From: Chitinophagaceae bacterium
GTDB lineage: Bacteria > Bacteroidota > Bacteroidia > Chitinophagales > Chitinophagaceae
Reading direction: 5' to 3'
Length of the DNA: 64,000 bases
Assembly: GCA_037045605.1 (NCBI GenBank)
Contig: JBAOHK010000009.1
Span: forward strand, 3,866 to 67,865
Part shown: positions 31,967 through 42,593 of the stretch, one piece after another
How positions within the stretch are numbered: position 1 is the first letter of the stretch
Layout: every line of letters starts with the position of its first letter
Program-made: the position numbers and the translations under genes
Notes under the pieces: model-generated
Told to the model about the DNA's origin: nothing
The model's database searches: none
What the model saw: the letters and a program-made list of their open reading frames with translations, nothing else

Positions 31967-32935
31967 TTGAGAGAGGCCCTGTTCATCAAAAAAAATAAAG
32001 ACCGTTGGTTGCGAAACCAGCAGGTACCAGCTGATGATCCTGATGAAATGGCAACTGATTTTACCCAGTTGGTGGATGACCTTGCTTATGCAAAAACCTT
32101 TTACCCTTCAGGCAAGGTTACCGGGTTTATCAACTCTCAGGCATCCAGGATATACCTTGATATTTACAAGAACCGGAAAGAAGAATCAAACAGGTTGGTT
32201 ACTTTCTGGAAGTATGATCTGCCTCTGACAATAAGGAAGCATCACAGGGTTGTTTTGTTTTCATTTGTCATTTTCACTGTCTTTTTTGTCATTGGCTTTT
32301 TTACGTCTGCCAAAGACGACAGTATTGCCCGCAGCATTTTTGGAGATGAGTATATCAGGATGACACAGGAAAATATTGATGCTGATAATCCTTTTGGAGT
32401 GTATGAATTTGGTAGCCCAGTACTCAGCTGGCTTGGTATCATGATCAATAATATTAAAGTGGCACTGCGATTTTTTGTTTCGGGAATATTTTGCGGCATA
32501 CCTACTTTCCTGGATTTGTCAAAGGAAGGTATCCGCTTAGGGGTTTTTGATCAGTTTATTTCTGCAAAAGGGTTTGGACTCGATTTTTGGTTGGTGGTTT
32601 TTGTTCATGGAGCCCTTGAGATAACAGCACTTATTATTTCCGGCGCAGCTGGTTTTATAATTGGCAAAAGCTTTTTGTTTCCGGGCACTATCCGCAGGAT
32701 TGACGCATTTAAGCAAGGAGCAAAGGATGGAGTAAAGATTGTAATAGGCCTGATGCCTGTGCTGGGACTGGCAGCTTTTTTTGAGGGATTTATAACCCGG
32801 TTATACAACGATGTGTCGGTTCTTACCACAATAATTTTTGCGTTGTCAGTAATATTTGTCATCTGGTATTTTGTCATTTACCCCATCAGGCTTGGAAAAA
32901 AATTATCATTACAGTTAAACGAGGAGGAGGTATAA
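31967..32935 (+). CDS. SpoIIM-like (DUF95) membrane protein; apparent TTG start
   Basis: N-terminal soluble helix region followed by about 5 TM segments. It sits in the usual position for this family in the MoxR/DUF58 neighbourhood. Confidence 0.55.
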   Translation: MREALFIKKNKDRWLRNQQVPADDPDEMATDFTQLVDDLAYAKTFYPSGKVTGFINSQASRIYLDIYKNRKEESNRLVTFWKYDLPLTIRKHHRVVLFSFVIFTVFFVIGFFTSAKDDSIARSIFGDEYIRMTQENIDADNPFGVYEFGSPVLSWLGIMINNIKVALRFFVSGIFCGIPTFLDLSKEGIRLGVFDQFISAKGFGLDFWLVVFVHGALEITALIISGAAGFIIGKSFLFPGTIRRIDAFKQGAKDGVKIVIGLMPVLGLAAFFEGFITRLYNDVSVLTTIIFALSVIFVIWYFVIYPIRLGKKLSLQLNEEEV

Positions 32936-33847
32936 GTGCTGATAATATTCAAAGGAAAGTTTGGGATTGCTATTTTGTATAAAGCAATATTAATTACCTC
33001 TTTATTGCTGGTTCCTTTTTTTTGCGATGCACAAGAGGATGAGAAGAAAGTAACAGTAACCGCTGATACAGCAGTAATACTTCAACCTCCGGCAGATGTC
33101 GATTATAACTCAGATGTTACTGATGCCGGAAAAAGAAAATACTTTGACAGGATGCCGGATACATTGCAGGTGAGGCAGAGAAGTATTCCGGTTGATGAAA
33201 TGAAAAGAATGAAGGATGATGAGGAGTTTTGGTATGCAAATGCAAATATTCCGGGCAAGAAAAAAGCAAACGAAAATGGCGTCCCGGAGAAAGAAAAGGA
33301 AAGTGGAAAAAAGGTTCAGAAAAAAGCAAACGAACCAGCTGTTAAGGAGCAAAGGGAAGAAGAAAGATCCGGTTCATCAATAGGGCGGCAGTCATGGTTT
33401 CAGACCTTAATATGGGTAATCATTATTGGTGGTTTTGCGGCTCTCCTGATAATATACCTCACCGGGATGAATGTGAGGTTGTTCAGAAAGAAAAACATTA
33501 AAGTATCTGATCAGGAAGAGGAAGAGCTTAATACAGAAGATATCTTCGCCATTAATTACCAGAGGGAAATTGACAAAGCAGCAATGCTCGGTAATCACCG
33601 GCTTGCTATCCGGTTAATGTTTCTCAGGTTATTACGGAATATGTCGGATAAGAATATTATCCGCTACAAGCAGGATAAAACCAATCTTGATTACCTGGTG
33701 GAACTGCAGCCAACAAATTATTACAGTCATTTTTTCCGCATCACAAGAAACTACGAATACAGTTGGTATGGAAAATTTCATGTGGATGAGGACGCATACC
33801 AGCATATCCGCAGCGATTTTGACCAGTTGGAAAAAGAATTACGATAA
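32936..33847 (+). CDS. DUF4129-like membrane protein (GTG start abuts the upstream stop)
   Basis: Signal/TM, a Lys/Glu-rich linker, a central TM, and a C-terminal ...RNYEYSWYG... motif typical of DUF4129. Confidence 0.45.
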   Translation: MLIIFKGKFGIAILYKAILITSLLLVPFFCDAQEDEKKVTVTADTAVILQPPADVDYNSDVTDAGKRKYFDRMPDTLQVRQRSIPVDEMKRMKDDEEFWYANANIPGKKKANENGVPEKEKESGKKVQKKANEPAVKEQREEERSGSSIGRQSWFQTLIWVIIIGGFAALLIIYLTGMNVRLFRKKNIKVSDQEEEELNTEDIFAINYQREIDKAAMLGNHRLAIRLMFLRLLRNMSDKNIIRYKQDKTNLDYLVELQPTNYYSHFFRITRNYEYSWYGKFHVDEDAYQHIRSDFDQLEKELR

Positions 33848-33850
33848 GAC

Positions 33851-35083
33851 TTGAAAAAATATTTACCATATTTTATTGCTGTATTACTTGCGGGAGCGGT
33901 GGTAGCTCTTTTTTTAACAGGCGATAATAAGACTGAAAAGGGGCTGGACGAACGAATAACCCTCCGGTACAAAGACAAAATTCCATACGGAACATACGTT
34001 GCTTACAAAAACTTAAAACACATTTTTCCGGGGGCAGCTATTTATACCAACCGGTACGAGCCGGGTTATTGGGATTCTCTTTCTTCTTATGAAACGGGTC
34101 AGGCACTTATCATCATAACTGGAAAATTCAATGCGGATGAAAGCGAAATGAAAAAACTCATTTCATTTGTAGAAAAAGGAAATGATGTATTCGTAAGTGC
34201 AAGAAGTATTTCCTACTCGGCAGCTGAAATGATGAATTGCAGGGTCAACAATGCTGACATTTCATCTTATACTAATGACGGCATCACAGTGGAAGATAGC
34301 CTTGGCGTTTATTTAAAAAGTCCTCCATTTGACAAGGAATACAGTTATTCATATCCCGGAAAGAAACTGGATGCTTCGTTCTACGAAGTGGATGAAGCCA
34401 GAACAGAAGTAATAGGTGAGGATGAAATCAGCCGCCCTGATTTCATTCACATGGTGGCTGGCCGTGGAAATTTCTACATACACCTGGCACCATTGGCATT
34501 CACAAACTATTTTCTATTGCATAAAGATAATATCGGTTATTATGAAAAGGCTTTATCCGTAATTAATCCCGGTGTGACCAAAGTGGTTTGGGATGAATAT
34601 TACCTTAATAAAAAATTCCTGGATGAAAATGAAACGGAGGGGGCAGGCTGGTTTAGCGTATTATCTAAGTATCCTGCATTGAAAGCTGCTTTATTAACAG
34701 CCATCTTAACACTGGTATTATATGTATTACTGGAAATGCGCCGAAAGCAACGGCCTATTCCCGTACTTGCAAAACCAAGAAACGATTCATTGGATTTTGT
34801 AAAGACGATTGGCCGTTTATATTTTGATAAGGGAGATCACAAAAACCTCTGTCGTAAAATGTCGGCTTATTTCCTTGAACATGTCAGGCATTCTTATAAA
34901 TTACCAACGGGTACGTTGGATGATGAGTTTGTAAAACAGCTTCAATTTAAATCTGGTGCAGAAGAGTACGAGATACGGGGTATTGTCTCATTTATTAAAT
35001 ACCTTGAAGATGTACCGGCAGTGAATCATGCGATGTTAGTGGATTTTTATAAACAACTGGAGTCATTCTATAAAAAAGCATAA
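33851..35083 (+). CDS. DUF4350-like membrane protein (apparent TTG start)
   Basis: N-terminal TM, a large extracytoplasmic domain and a second TM near residue 290. The gap to neighbouring genes is 1-3 nt. Confidence 0.45.
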   Translation: MKKYLPYFIAVLLAGAVVALFLTGDNKTEKGLDERITLRYKDKIPYGTYVAYKNLKHIFPGAAIYTNRYEPGYWDSLSSYETGQALIIITGKFNADESEMKKLISFVEKGNDVFVSARSISYSAAEMMNCRVNNADISSYTNDGITVEDSLGVYLKSPPFDKEYSYSYPGKKLDASFYEVDEARTEVIGEDEISRPDFIHMVAGRGNFYIHLAPLAFTNYFLLHKDNIGYYEKALSVINPGVTKVVWDEYYLNKKFLDENETEGAGWFSVLSKYPALKAALLTAILTLVLYVLLEMRRKQRPIPVLAKPRNDSLDFVKTIGRLYFDKGDHKNLCRKMSAYFLEHVRHSYKLPTGTLDDEFVKQLQFKSGAEEYEIRGIVSFIKYLEDVPAVNHAMLVDFYKQLESFYKKA

Positions 35084-35084
35084 A

Positions 35085-36062
35085 ATGGAAGAACAATTTT
35101 TTCAACAAAGGACTGACCTTACGGCGCTTAATAATGCAGTCCTTTCTATCCGCAACGAAATTAAAAAAATCATCGTCGGCCAGGATGAAATGGTAAAACT
35201 TATTATCGCAGCACTGCTGGCTGATGGCCATGTACTGATAGAGGGTGTGCCCGGTGTTGCAAAAACACTGACTGCAAAACTGGTAGCGAAAAGTGTTAAT
35301 GCAGGGTTTTCCCGAATTCAATTTACTCCTGACCTGATGCCATCAGATGTGCTGGGTACTCCTGTATTCAATCCGAAGGAAGCCAATTTTGAATTTAAAA
35401 AAGGGCCGATATTCAGCAATATAGTGCTGGTAGATGAGATCAACAGGGCACCTGCAAAAACACAATCAGCCCTGCTGGAAATAATGGAAGAGAGGCAGGC
35501 CACTGTTGATGGCAGAACTTATCCAATGGCATCACCGTTCATGGTATTGGCTACGCAAAACCCAGTTGAGCAGGAGGGTACCTACCGGTTGCCGGAAGCA
35601 CAGTTAGACAGGTTCCTTTTTAAAATAGTTGTTCCTTATCCAACAGAGGCAGAGGAAATGAACATACTGACACAATTCAACAGCATGGGTAATACAAAAG
35701 CTTTGGACATGATTAGCCCTGCACTGGCAGCACAGCAGGTGGCTTCATTGCGGGAGCAGATAAAAACACAGATAATTGAGGAAAAACTGTTGCAGTTCAT
35801 TGCTAAACTTATTCACCAGACAAGAAACCACAAGTCTATCTATCTCGGGGCTTCACCCAGGGCATCATTGGCTATTATGAATGCTTCAAAAGCAATAGCA
35901 GCCATGCAGGGACGGGACTTTGTAACACCGGAAGATATTCTCGCCGTTGTTCCACCGGTACTCCGTCACCGCATCATTCTTGCACCTGATAAAGAAATGG
36001 AAGGGATAACGGAGGATGATGTAATCAAACAAATCATCCAGGGTATGGATGTTCCCAGATAG
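35085..36062 (+). CDS. MoxR-family AAA+ ATPase
   Basis: Walker A GVPGVAKT, Walker B VLVDEINRA, and the QNPVEQEGTYRLPEAQLDRF MoxR signature. Confidence 0.9.
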   Translation: MEEQFFQQRTDLTALNNAVLSIRNEIKKIIVGQDEMVKLIIAALLADGHVLIEGVPGVAKTLTAKLVAKSVNAGFSRIQFTPDLMPSDVLGTPVFNPKEANFEFKKGPIFSNIVLVDEINRAPAKTQSALLEIMEERQATVDGRTYPMASPFMVLATQNPVEQEGTYRLPEAQLDRFLFKIVVPYPTEAEEMNILTQFNSMGNTKALDMISPALAAQQVASLREQIKTQIIEEKLLQFIAKLIHQTRNHKSIYLGASPRASLAIMNASKAIAAMQGRDFVTPEDILAVVPPVLRHRIILAPDKEMEGITEDDVIKQIIQGMDVPR

Positions 36063-36080
36063 AATCTTAATTATGAACTT

Positions 36081-37406
36081 GTGATCAAATCTTTTTATTT
36101 AAATAATATCGTTTATTACATCGCAGGATCTGCATCTGTAGTTTTTGTTATCAGCTATTTTATTCCTGCCATGTACCGTATTGGCGGATTGATCTTGTTG
36201 TTATCAGGTATTGCAGTACTGGTGGATGCAGCGCTGGTGTACAGTAAAAGGAAAGGGATTGAAGCAGAAAGAATCGTTTCAGAACGGTTCAGCATTGGAG
36301 ACCCCAACAGGGTTGTGATACATTTAAAAAACCGGTATGGGTTTCCTGTCAGCACCAGTATTATTGACGAGTTGCCCATTCAGTTTCAGGACAGGAAATG
36401 GATAAGAAGAGTAACTCTTGACAGAGGTGATGACCATGCACTTGAGTATTTACTGAAACCCGAAACAAGGGGAGAATATATTTTTGACAATATCAATGTA
36501 TATGTTCATGCGCCGCTGCAATTGGTTAAAAGAAGGTTCATTTTTTCTGCACGACAGGTAGTGAAGGTCTATCCTTCTTATATCCAGATGCGTCGTTACC
36601 AGTTACTGGCAGTCAGCAACCGGTTGCAGGAGGCAGGCGTTAAGAAAATAAGAAAGATTGGTCATAGTATGGAATTTGAACAGATAAAGGAGTATGTGAG
36701 AGGTGATGACTATCGTACTATCAACTGGAAAGCAACAGCCCGTAAGGATTCATTAATGGTGAATTATTATACTGATGAGAGAAGCCAGCAGATATATTGT
36801 CTTATCAACAAAGGCCGTGTAATGAAAATGCCTTTTGATGGAATGACCTTACTGGATTATGCCATCAATGCGTCTTTGGTTTTATCTAATGTGGCATTGG
36901 TAAAACAGGACAAGGCGGGCATCATCACTTTTGAGAAAAATCTTGACTCCTTTCTGCCGGCGGATAAAAAACCAACCCAGATGAACCTGGTGCTTGAAAC
37001 ACTCTACCGGCAGAAAACAGATTTCCTGGAGCCAGATTTCGAAAAACTTTTTTCTGTTATCAGGAATCGTATCACCAACCGGAGCCTGCTGGTGTTATTC
37101 ACTAATTTTGAATCCCTGGAGAGCCTGCAGCGGGAAATGCCGGCATTAAAGAAGATTGCCCATTATCATTTATTACTGATTGTTTTCTTTGAAAATACTG
37201 AATTGAAATCGTTGATAGAAAATAAGGCGGATACATTGGAGGATATTTATATTAAGACCATTGCCGGGAAATTTGCTTATGAAAAAAAGCTGATGGTAAA
37301 AGAGCTGCATAAAAATGGAATCCCTTCTATACTCACCACTCCTGAGAACCTGACCGTGAATACCATCAACAAATACCTGGAACTGAAAACAAGGATGTCC
37401 ATTTAG
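36081..37406 (+). CDS. DUF58 protein (vWA-like partner of MoxR)
   Basis: Two N-terminal TM segments and the hallmark FEQIKEYVRGDDYRTINWKATAR. Confidence 0.8.
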   Translation: MIKSFYLNNIVYYIAGSASVVFVISYFIPAMYRIGGLILLLSGIAVLVDAALVYSKRKGIEAERIVSERFSIGDPNRVVIHLKNRYGFPVSTSIIDELPIQFQDRKWIRRVTLDRGDDHALEYLLKPETRGEYIFDNINVYVHAPLQLVKRRFIFSARQVVKVYPSYIQMRRYQLLAVSNRLQEAGVKKIRKIGHSMEFEQIKEYVRGDDYRTINWKATARKDSLMVNYYTDERSQQIYCLINKGRVMKMPFDGMTLLDYAINASLVLSNVALVKQDKAGIITFEKNLDSFLPADKKPTQMNLVLETLYRQKTDFLEPDFEKLFSVIRNRITNRSLLVLFTNFESLESLQREMPALKKIAHYHLLLIVFFENTELKSLIENKADTLEDIYIKTIAGKFAYEKKLMVKELHKNGIPSILTTPENLTVNTINKYLELKTRMSI

Positions 37407-37449
37407 CCTGCCTGGTTGTTAACCGGCAACAAGCTTTACATTTGCGGTA

Positions 37450-38132
37450 ATGAACTACGATAAGGAAAGTTTTGAGCAGGGACAGGTATTGCTGATCAAT
37501 AAACCACTTGAGTGGACATCGTTTGATGTGGTGCAGAAACTCCGGAATATTATCAGGGTAAAGAAAATTGGACATGCAGGCACATTAGACCCGTTAGCAA
37601 CCGGCTTGCTGATCATTTGCACCGGAAAATTCACCAAAAGAATAAATGAGTTTATGGCGCAGGAAAAAGAATATACAGGCACTTTTACACTGGGTGCCAC
37701 TACGCCAACATTCGACCTGGAAAGTGAGCCGGAGAATTTTAAGCCATTCATTCACCTGACAGATGAGGAAATACAATCTGCGACATTAAAATTTAAAGGA
37801 GAGATTTTGCAAATACCACCAGCACATTCAGCCATCAAAATTGGCGGAAGGAGAGTGTATGAGTTGGCACGACAAGGCAAAGAAGTGAAATTAGAACCGA
37901 GAAAAATTACTATCAAAGAGTTTGAAATAACAAAAATAGAATTGCCCATTGTTCATTTCCGGGTAATTTGTTCCACCGGCACTTATATCCGAAGCCTTGC
38001 CAATGATTTTGGAGAGAGCATTAGGATTGCGGGGCTTATATGAGCAGTCTTTGCAGAACAAGAATAGGAGAATTTCTTGTAAAGGATGCACAAACTATTG
38101 AAGATATACAGGAAGCCGTGAGGCAACTGTAA
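37450..38132 (+). pseudogene. truB: tRNA pseudouridine(55) synthase, frameshift near 38030 truncating the last ~30 codons in this sequence
   Basis: KKIGHAGTLDPLATGLL catalytic Asp motif. The alternate frame continues ...SSLCRTRIGEFLVKDAQTIEDIQEAVRQL to the stop at 38130-38132. Confidence 0.85.
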
Positions 38133-40459
38133 TTATAAGATAAACGGATAACTGATACCCAACTGGAACTGATCGCCTTTAAACGGCTTATATCCAAACC
38201 ATTTATTTTGTATTCCTATATTCGCCGGGGATGGACTCGGGTCTTTTGCTTTATACGAATAATCCAGCCGGACAACAAAGAAGCTGAAATCAACTCGGAA
38301 ACCCATACCGATACCAACAGCCAGGTCTTTGCCTAATTTGCTGAATTTAAAAACTGATTCAGGCTCCAGCGGGTTTGCATCTTCTTTTAGAAACCAGATA
38401 TTCCCAAAATCAGTAAACAAAGCACCGTCTATCTTTATTCCGAATGGTTTTATAAAGGGGAAACGGTATTCTATATTCCCTTCAAGCTGCACATCCCCAT
38501 ACCGCTCAGGAATACTTCCCACACCTGAGAACTCTTTAACAGTAGAACCCGGACCTAATTTTCTTAATCCCCATGCCCGCATACTGTTAGGCCCGCCGGC
38601 AAAATATTGCTTAAAGAATGGAAGGCTATTTCTTTTATCAGGATTTGCAGTAGAGCCAAATTCATAACCAACATCCTGTGAAAAGCCGGAGTACCAAGTG
38701 CAGATTTTGTAAAACTGATTTTTCTGAATAAATTCAGCATCTAGCTTTAATAAACCGGTAGAGATTATCATCCAGGAATTTGTTACTGATCAAATCCGGC
38801 AACAAGGCCTGATATTTCAGCATTGGCCCTGAATATCTTTACTACATTCTTCTTTTCGCTGTTGATAGTAACACCACCAATAACAGACGAAATAAGTCCA
38901 TCGGTAAAAATATTTTTTAAGGCAGGGTTGTATTTAAAAAGAGTATCGAGGCCTGCACGGGGAATCAATGATGAATATTCAATATTGGGCAACCGTAATG
39001 AAAATAAGGTATTCTTTGATTGAAACTCATATCCCCACGATCCGTTTACAGTGGTAAGATTAAACAGGTCTTTTCTTTCGGTGTTGCCGGCATTGAAGGA
39101 AAAGACAGTACGCCAATTATCCCTTAGTTTGTCGGGTATCCATTTCGCATTTGGGATAGGCTTTGGGAAATAAATATTATGACTCAATACAAACTGCTGG
39201 GTCTGTATAAAATTTTTATCGCTTATCTCAATACCGTAACGGATATTGGTGATGCTTGTGTTAGCGGCTTTGGCAAAATTCCGGTTTTGCCAACTGGCAT
39301 TTACGCCAACACCAAACAGGTTGCCTGATACAGCACTGCGGTTACTGCTTCCTTCCACATTCGCAGTAAACGAATATTTCTTGGCCGGAGTAAGGCGAAT
39401 TGCAAAATCCGCTGTGTCCTGGTTCTTTCTTACCAAAGGCTCAATATTAACGAGCCGCCAGGCCCCTAATGAATTAAACCTGTTAATGGTCTTGAAATAT
39501 TTTTTCTGATTGTACAGGTCGCCATGCCGGAAATAAATATTCTGAGGAAGAATCCTGGCTTTGAATGTTCTTCGGTGATAGATAATTTTTATGCCATCAA
39601 TTATTTCTTCTTTGCGGCTGAGGCCAAGTGTATCCGGGCCAAATTCAGGGTATACAGTAATATTACCTACAAAATATTTTGTCAGTTTACTGCTGTCAAA
39701 CCCGGGTTTTAGTCGTATCTCCAGATTAGCAGCCGGTTCCTTCCTGCTTCGTTTGATAGAATCCAGTAAAATGATTTGTTCGAAAGGATCTAAAGAAGGA
39801 TTTAGGATGGCAAGGTTTAGTGTATCCCACAACCCGATCATTTCTTCCCGTCCAAAACGGAGGTAGCCATTGGTTCGGTATAGCTCAACCAATCTGTCAA
39901 ACTCAGCAGAGATGGTTGCTTTGGCAAATGGGTCTCCTTTTTTTACCAGGGCTTCTTTCTGATTGGCAAGGGCTATGTTTTGCAGTTCCTGTTGTTTGAA
40001 ATTATAACTGAAAGAATCTATCCGGATAACAACTCCGGGTTTTACAGTAAAATCAACAGTTGTTCGATATTGATCACCTTTTACAATATTGACAGTTGTA
40101 TCATAGGTGATAGTATCCCTTATATAGCCCATAGACTTCAGCATTGCCTTCATGTATATCACTGATTTTTCAGCATTGCTGTTATCATAGACCGGTGGCT
40201 TGTTAATTCGGCTGGAAAGGATTCTTGAAACTGATCGTACCCTTATGCTGTCATCCAGCTGACCTTTCAATCGTGAAGCTATCTCAGCGGCTGTATCGCT
40301 TGTTATATTACCTGTAATGTTGATATTTGTTTTGTAAACAAATGGCTTGTTAGGAGGGTAATTTCTTACAGTGGTACAGGATGCAATTAATAATAGCCAA
40401 AGCCCCCCGATGATAAAATGGCGGAAATTTGAATATAAAGAAGGCTGGCGGGATGACAT
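38133..40459 (-). pseudogene. BamA/TamA-family outer-membrane assembly protein (POTRA + Omp85 barrel), one frameshift near 38775
   Basis: ORF 38783-40459 (lipoprotein-like N-terminus, POTRA-like repeats) and ORF 38133-38771 (surface-antigen D15 barrel C-terminus ending ...GISYPFIL) abut in different frames. Confidence 0.7.
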
Positions 40460-40476
40460 AAATTAATTATACAACT

Positions 40477-41214
40477 ATGCTTGGTAAACAGAAGATCAAA
40501 TATATCCAAAGTTTAGGCCAGAAAAAATTCCGGCATCAGGAGGGACTGTTCATTGCTGAAGGCCCAAAACTGGTAGAAGAACTGTTGGAAGCAGGCCCTG
40601 CATCTGTAAAAGAAGTATATGCTGTAAAAGAATGGATGGATGATAATCAGAAACTGCTTGCGGGGGTTGATACTGTAGAAATATCGGAGATAGAATTAGA
40701 AAAAATTTCACAACTGACGACACCGAATAAGGTAGTGGCTATAGTGAAACAATACGATACGGGTAAATCAATTACTGTAAAGGACAGATTCACTTTAGTA
40801 TTGGATGGTATCCGGGACCCCGGAAACCTGGGAACTATTATCAGGATAGCAGATTGGTTTGGGATAGAGCAAATTGTTTGCAGCGGGGATTCGACGGAAG
40901 TCTACAATCCGAAAGTTGTTCAATCAACGATGGGCAGCATTGCAAGGGTAAAAGTGTATTATGCTGATTTGAAGGAATGGCTCACTTCTCAAAAAGATGT
41001 CCAAATATATGCGGCCAGTTTAGAAGGTCAGGATGTAACAACGGTAAAAAAAAATAAAGAAGGGATTATAATAATTGGTAACGAGTCGAAAGGAATTAGT
41101 GAAGAAATAATGAACCTCTCAAATGTAAAGATCACCATACCCCGGAAAGGCAGGGCCGAATCATTGAATGCTGCAGTGGCAACAGGAATTATTCTTTCGC
41201 ATATTATTACCTGA
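40477..41214 (+). CDS. TrmH/SpoU-family RNA 2'-O-methyltransferase
   Basis: DPGNLGTIIR, IIIGNESKGIS and ESLNAAVATGI SPOUT motifs. Confidence 0.8.
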   Translation: MLGKQKIKYIQSLGQKKFRHQEGLFIAEGPKLVEELLEAGPASVKEVYAVKEWMDDNQKLLAGVDTVEISEIELEKISQLTTPNKVVAIVKQYDTGKSITVKDRFTLVLDGIRDPGNLGTIIRIADWFGIEQIVCSGDSTEVYNPKVVQSTMGSIARVKVYYADLKEWLTSQKDVQIYAASLEGQDVTTVKKNKEGIIIIGNESKGISEEIMNLSNVKITIPRKGRAESLNAAVATGIILSHIIT

Positions 41215-42460
41215 ACTGTATAGCCTTTACCGGCTGCACCTTTCTTACCAGCACTGATGGTATCATCATTACTAAAAAACAAACGATGAATGTTCCGGCG
41301 CAGATAAGGCCCACCTGCCACCAAACGATCTTTACTGCAGCAGTACTCAGATAATATGCTTCTTCTTTTAGTTTGATAAAGCCGGTAGCCTGTTGCAGCC
41401 AGAGAAGACCCAATGCAAGTGCCGTTCCTGTTATTATGCCGGTGATAGTGATAAGTGCAGAATGGCGGAGAAATATTTTTTGTACTGTCCAATCGGTAGC
41501 GCCGAGTGATTTTAATACGCCGACCATCCTTATTCTTTCCAGCACTAGTATAATAAGGCAGGTTATTAGGTTAATGACGGCAACGATCACCATAAAACCA
41601 ATCAGCACATTACGGGTCATGTCCTGCATATTCAGCCAGTCAAAAATATTGGGAGAAATATTTTTTGCACTCACCGTATTCCATGTCAAAGGAAAGTTGC
41701 CCATATCATATATCTCGTCAGCTGTTTTGTCAATATGCTTGTAATTATGCAGGAATATTTCATATCCGCCTATTTCTTTTTTGTAATCATCATTCATAAC
41801 ACTGTCAGCATTTAACCGTTGGATGAGTTGCATATCGCCGATAGCAAATGTTTTGTCGTATTCTTCAATACCGGTTTTATAAATACCCGACACGGTCAAT
41901 TTATTAGGACGCAGCTGTCCGTTAGGCCGTATGAAATAGATCAGTATCTTATCGTTGACAGAAAGTTTTAATTGTTCAGCAGTATGGGCAGAGATCATTA
42001 TCTCTCTGCTGTATGAACTATCATTAAAATGAATGGGCCTTCCCTGTTTGATGAATTCACGGAGGCGTTCAAAATCATAAGTGCTGTCAACGCCTTTTAA
42101 TAGCACACCTTCAATCTCATCTTTTGTTTTCAGGATGGCATATTTGGTGGCAAACGGATGAATAGCTTCCACTTCAGGATTTTGGCGGATAATATTAATC
42201 AGCGAATCATTTCGGATGATGGGGCTCTCTTCAGAAATGATGGCTTTATCCGGCTGCTTTTCTTCAATGCGGATATGCCCGAGGAAACTGAATACCTTCT
42301 GGCTCACTTTTTCCTGGAAACCATTGGCTAATGATAATGTGACTATCATTACCATTACACTGATAACAGTGGCGACAGTAGACAGCCGGATGATAAACCT
42401 TGAAAAGGATTTCTGCTGGTTAAATGCTATGCGGTTTGCTATAAAGCCTGCAACCTTCAA
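41207..42460 (-). CDS. FtsX-like ABC transporter permease (LolC/E-like)
   Basis: N-terminal TM, a large periplasmic domain, and a C-terminal 3-TM FtsX domain (LKSLGATDW). Confidence 0.75.
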   Translation of the reverse strand: MKVAGFIANRIAFNQQKSFSRFIIRLSTVATVISVMVMIVTLSLANGFQEKVSQKVFSFLGHIRIEEKQPDKAIISEESPIIRNDSLINIIRQNPEVEAIHPFATKYAILKTKDEIEGVLLKGVDSTYDFERLREFIKQGRPIHFNDSSYSREIMISAHTAEQLKLSVNDKILIYFIRPNGQLRPNKLTVSGIYKTGIEEYDKTFAIGDMQLIQRLNADSVMNDDYKKEIGGYEIFLHNYKHIDKTADEIYDMGNFPLTWNTVSAKNISPNIFDWLNMQDMTRNVLIGFMVIVAVINLITCLIILVLERIRMVGVLKSLGATDWTVQKIFLRHSALITITGIITGTALALGLLWLQQATGFIKLKEEAYYLSTAAVKIVWWQVGLICAGTFIVCFLVMMIPSVLVRKVQPVKAIQFR

Positions 42461-42593
42461 ATTGAATTGTTTGTCTGTATCAAAAATAAGCCGGTTAAAA
42501 AGATTTCACCCCTTTTTTGCCTGATTTTTGCAATGTGCTGCTTAGTTTTAACGAAGTTGCACATTATTGTGAACTAATCACACTTTCACACGG

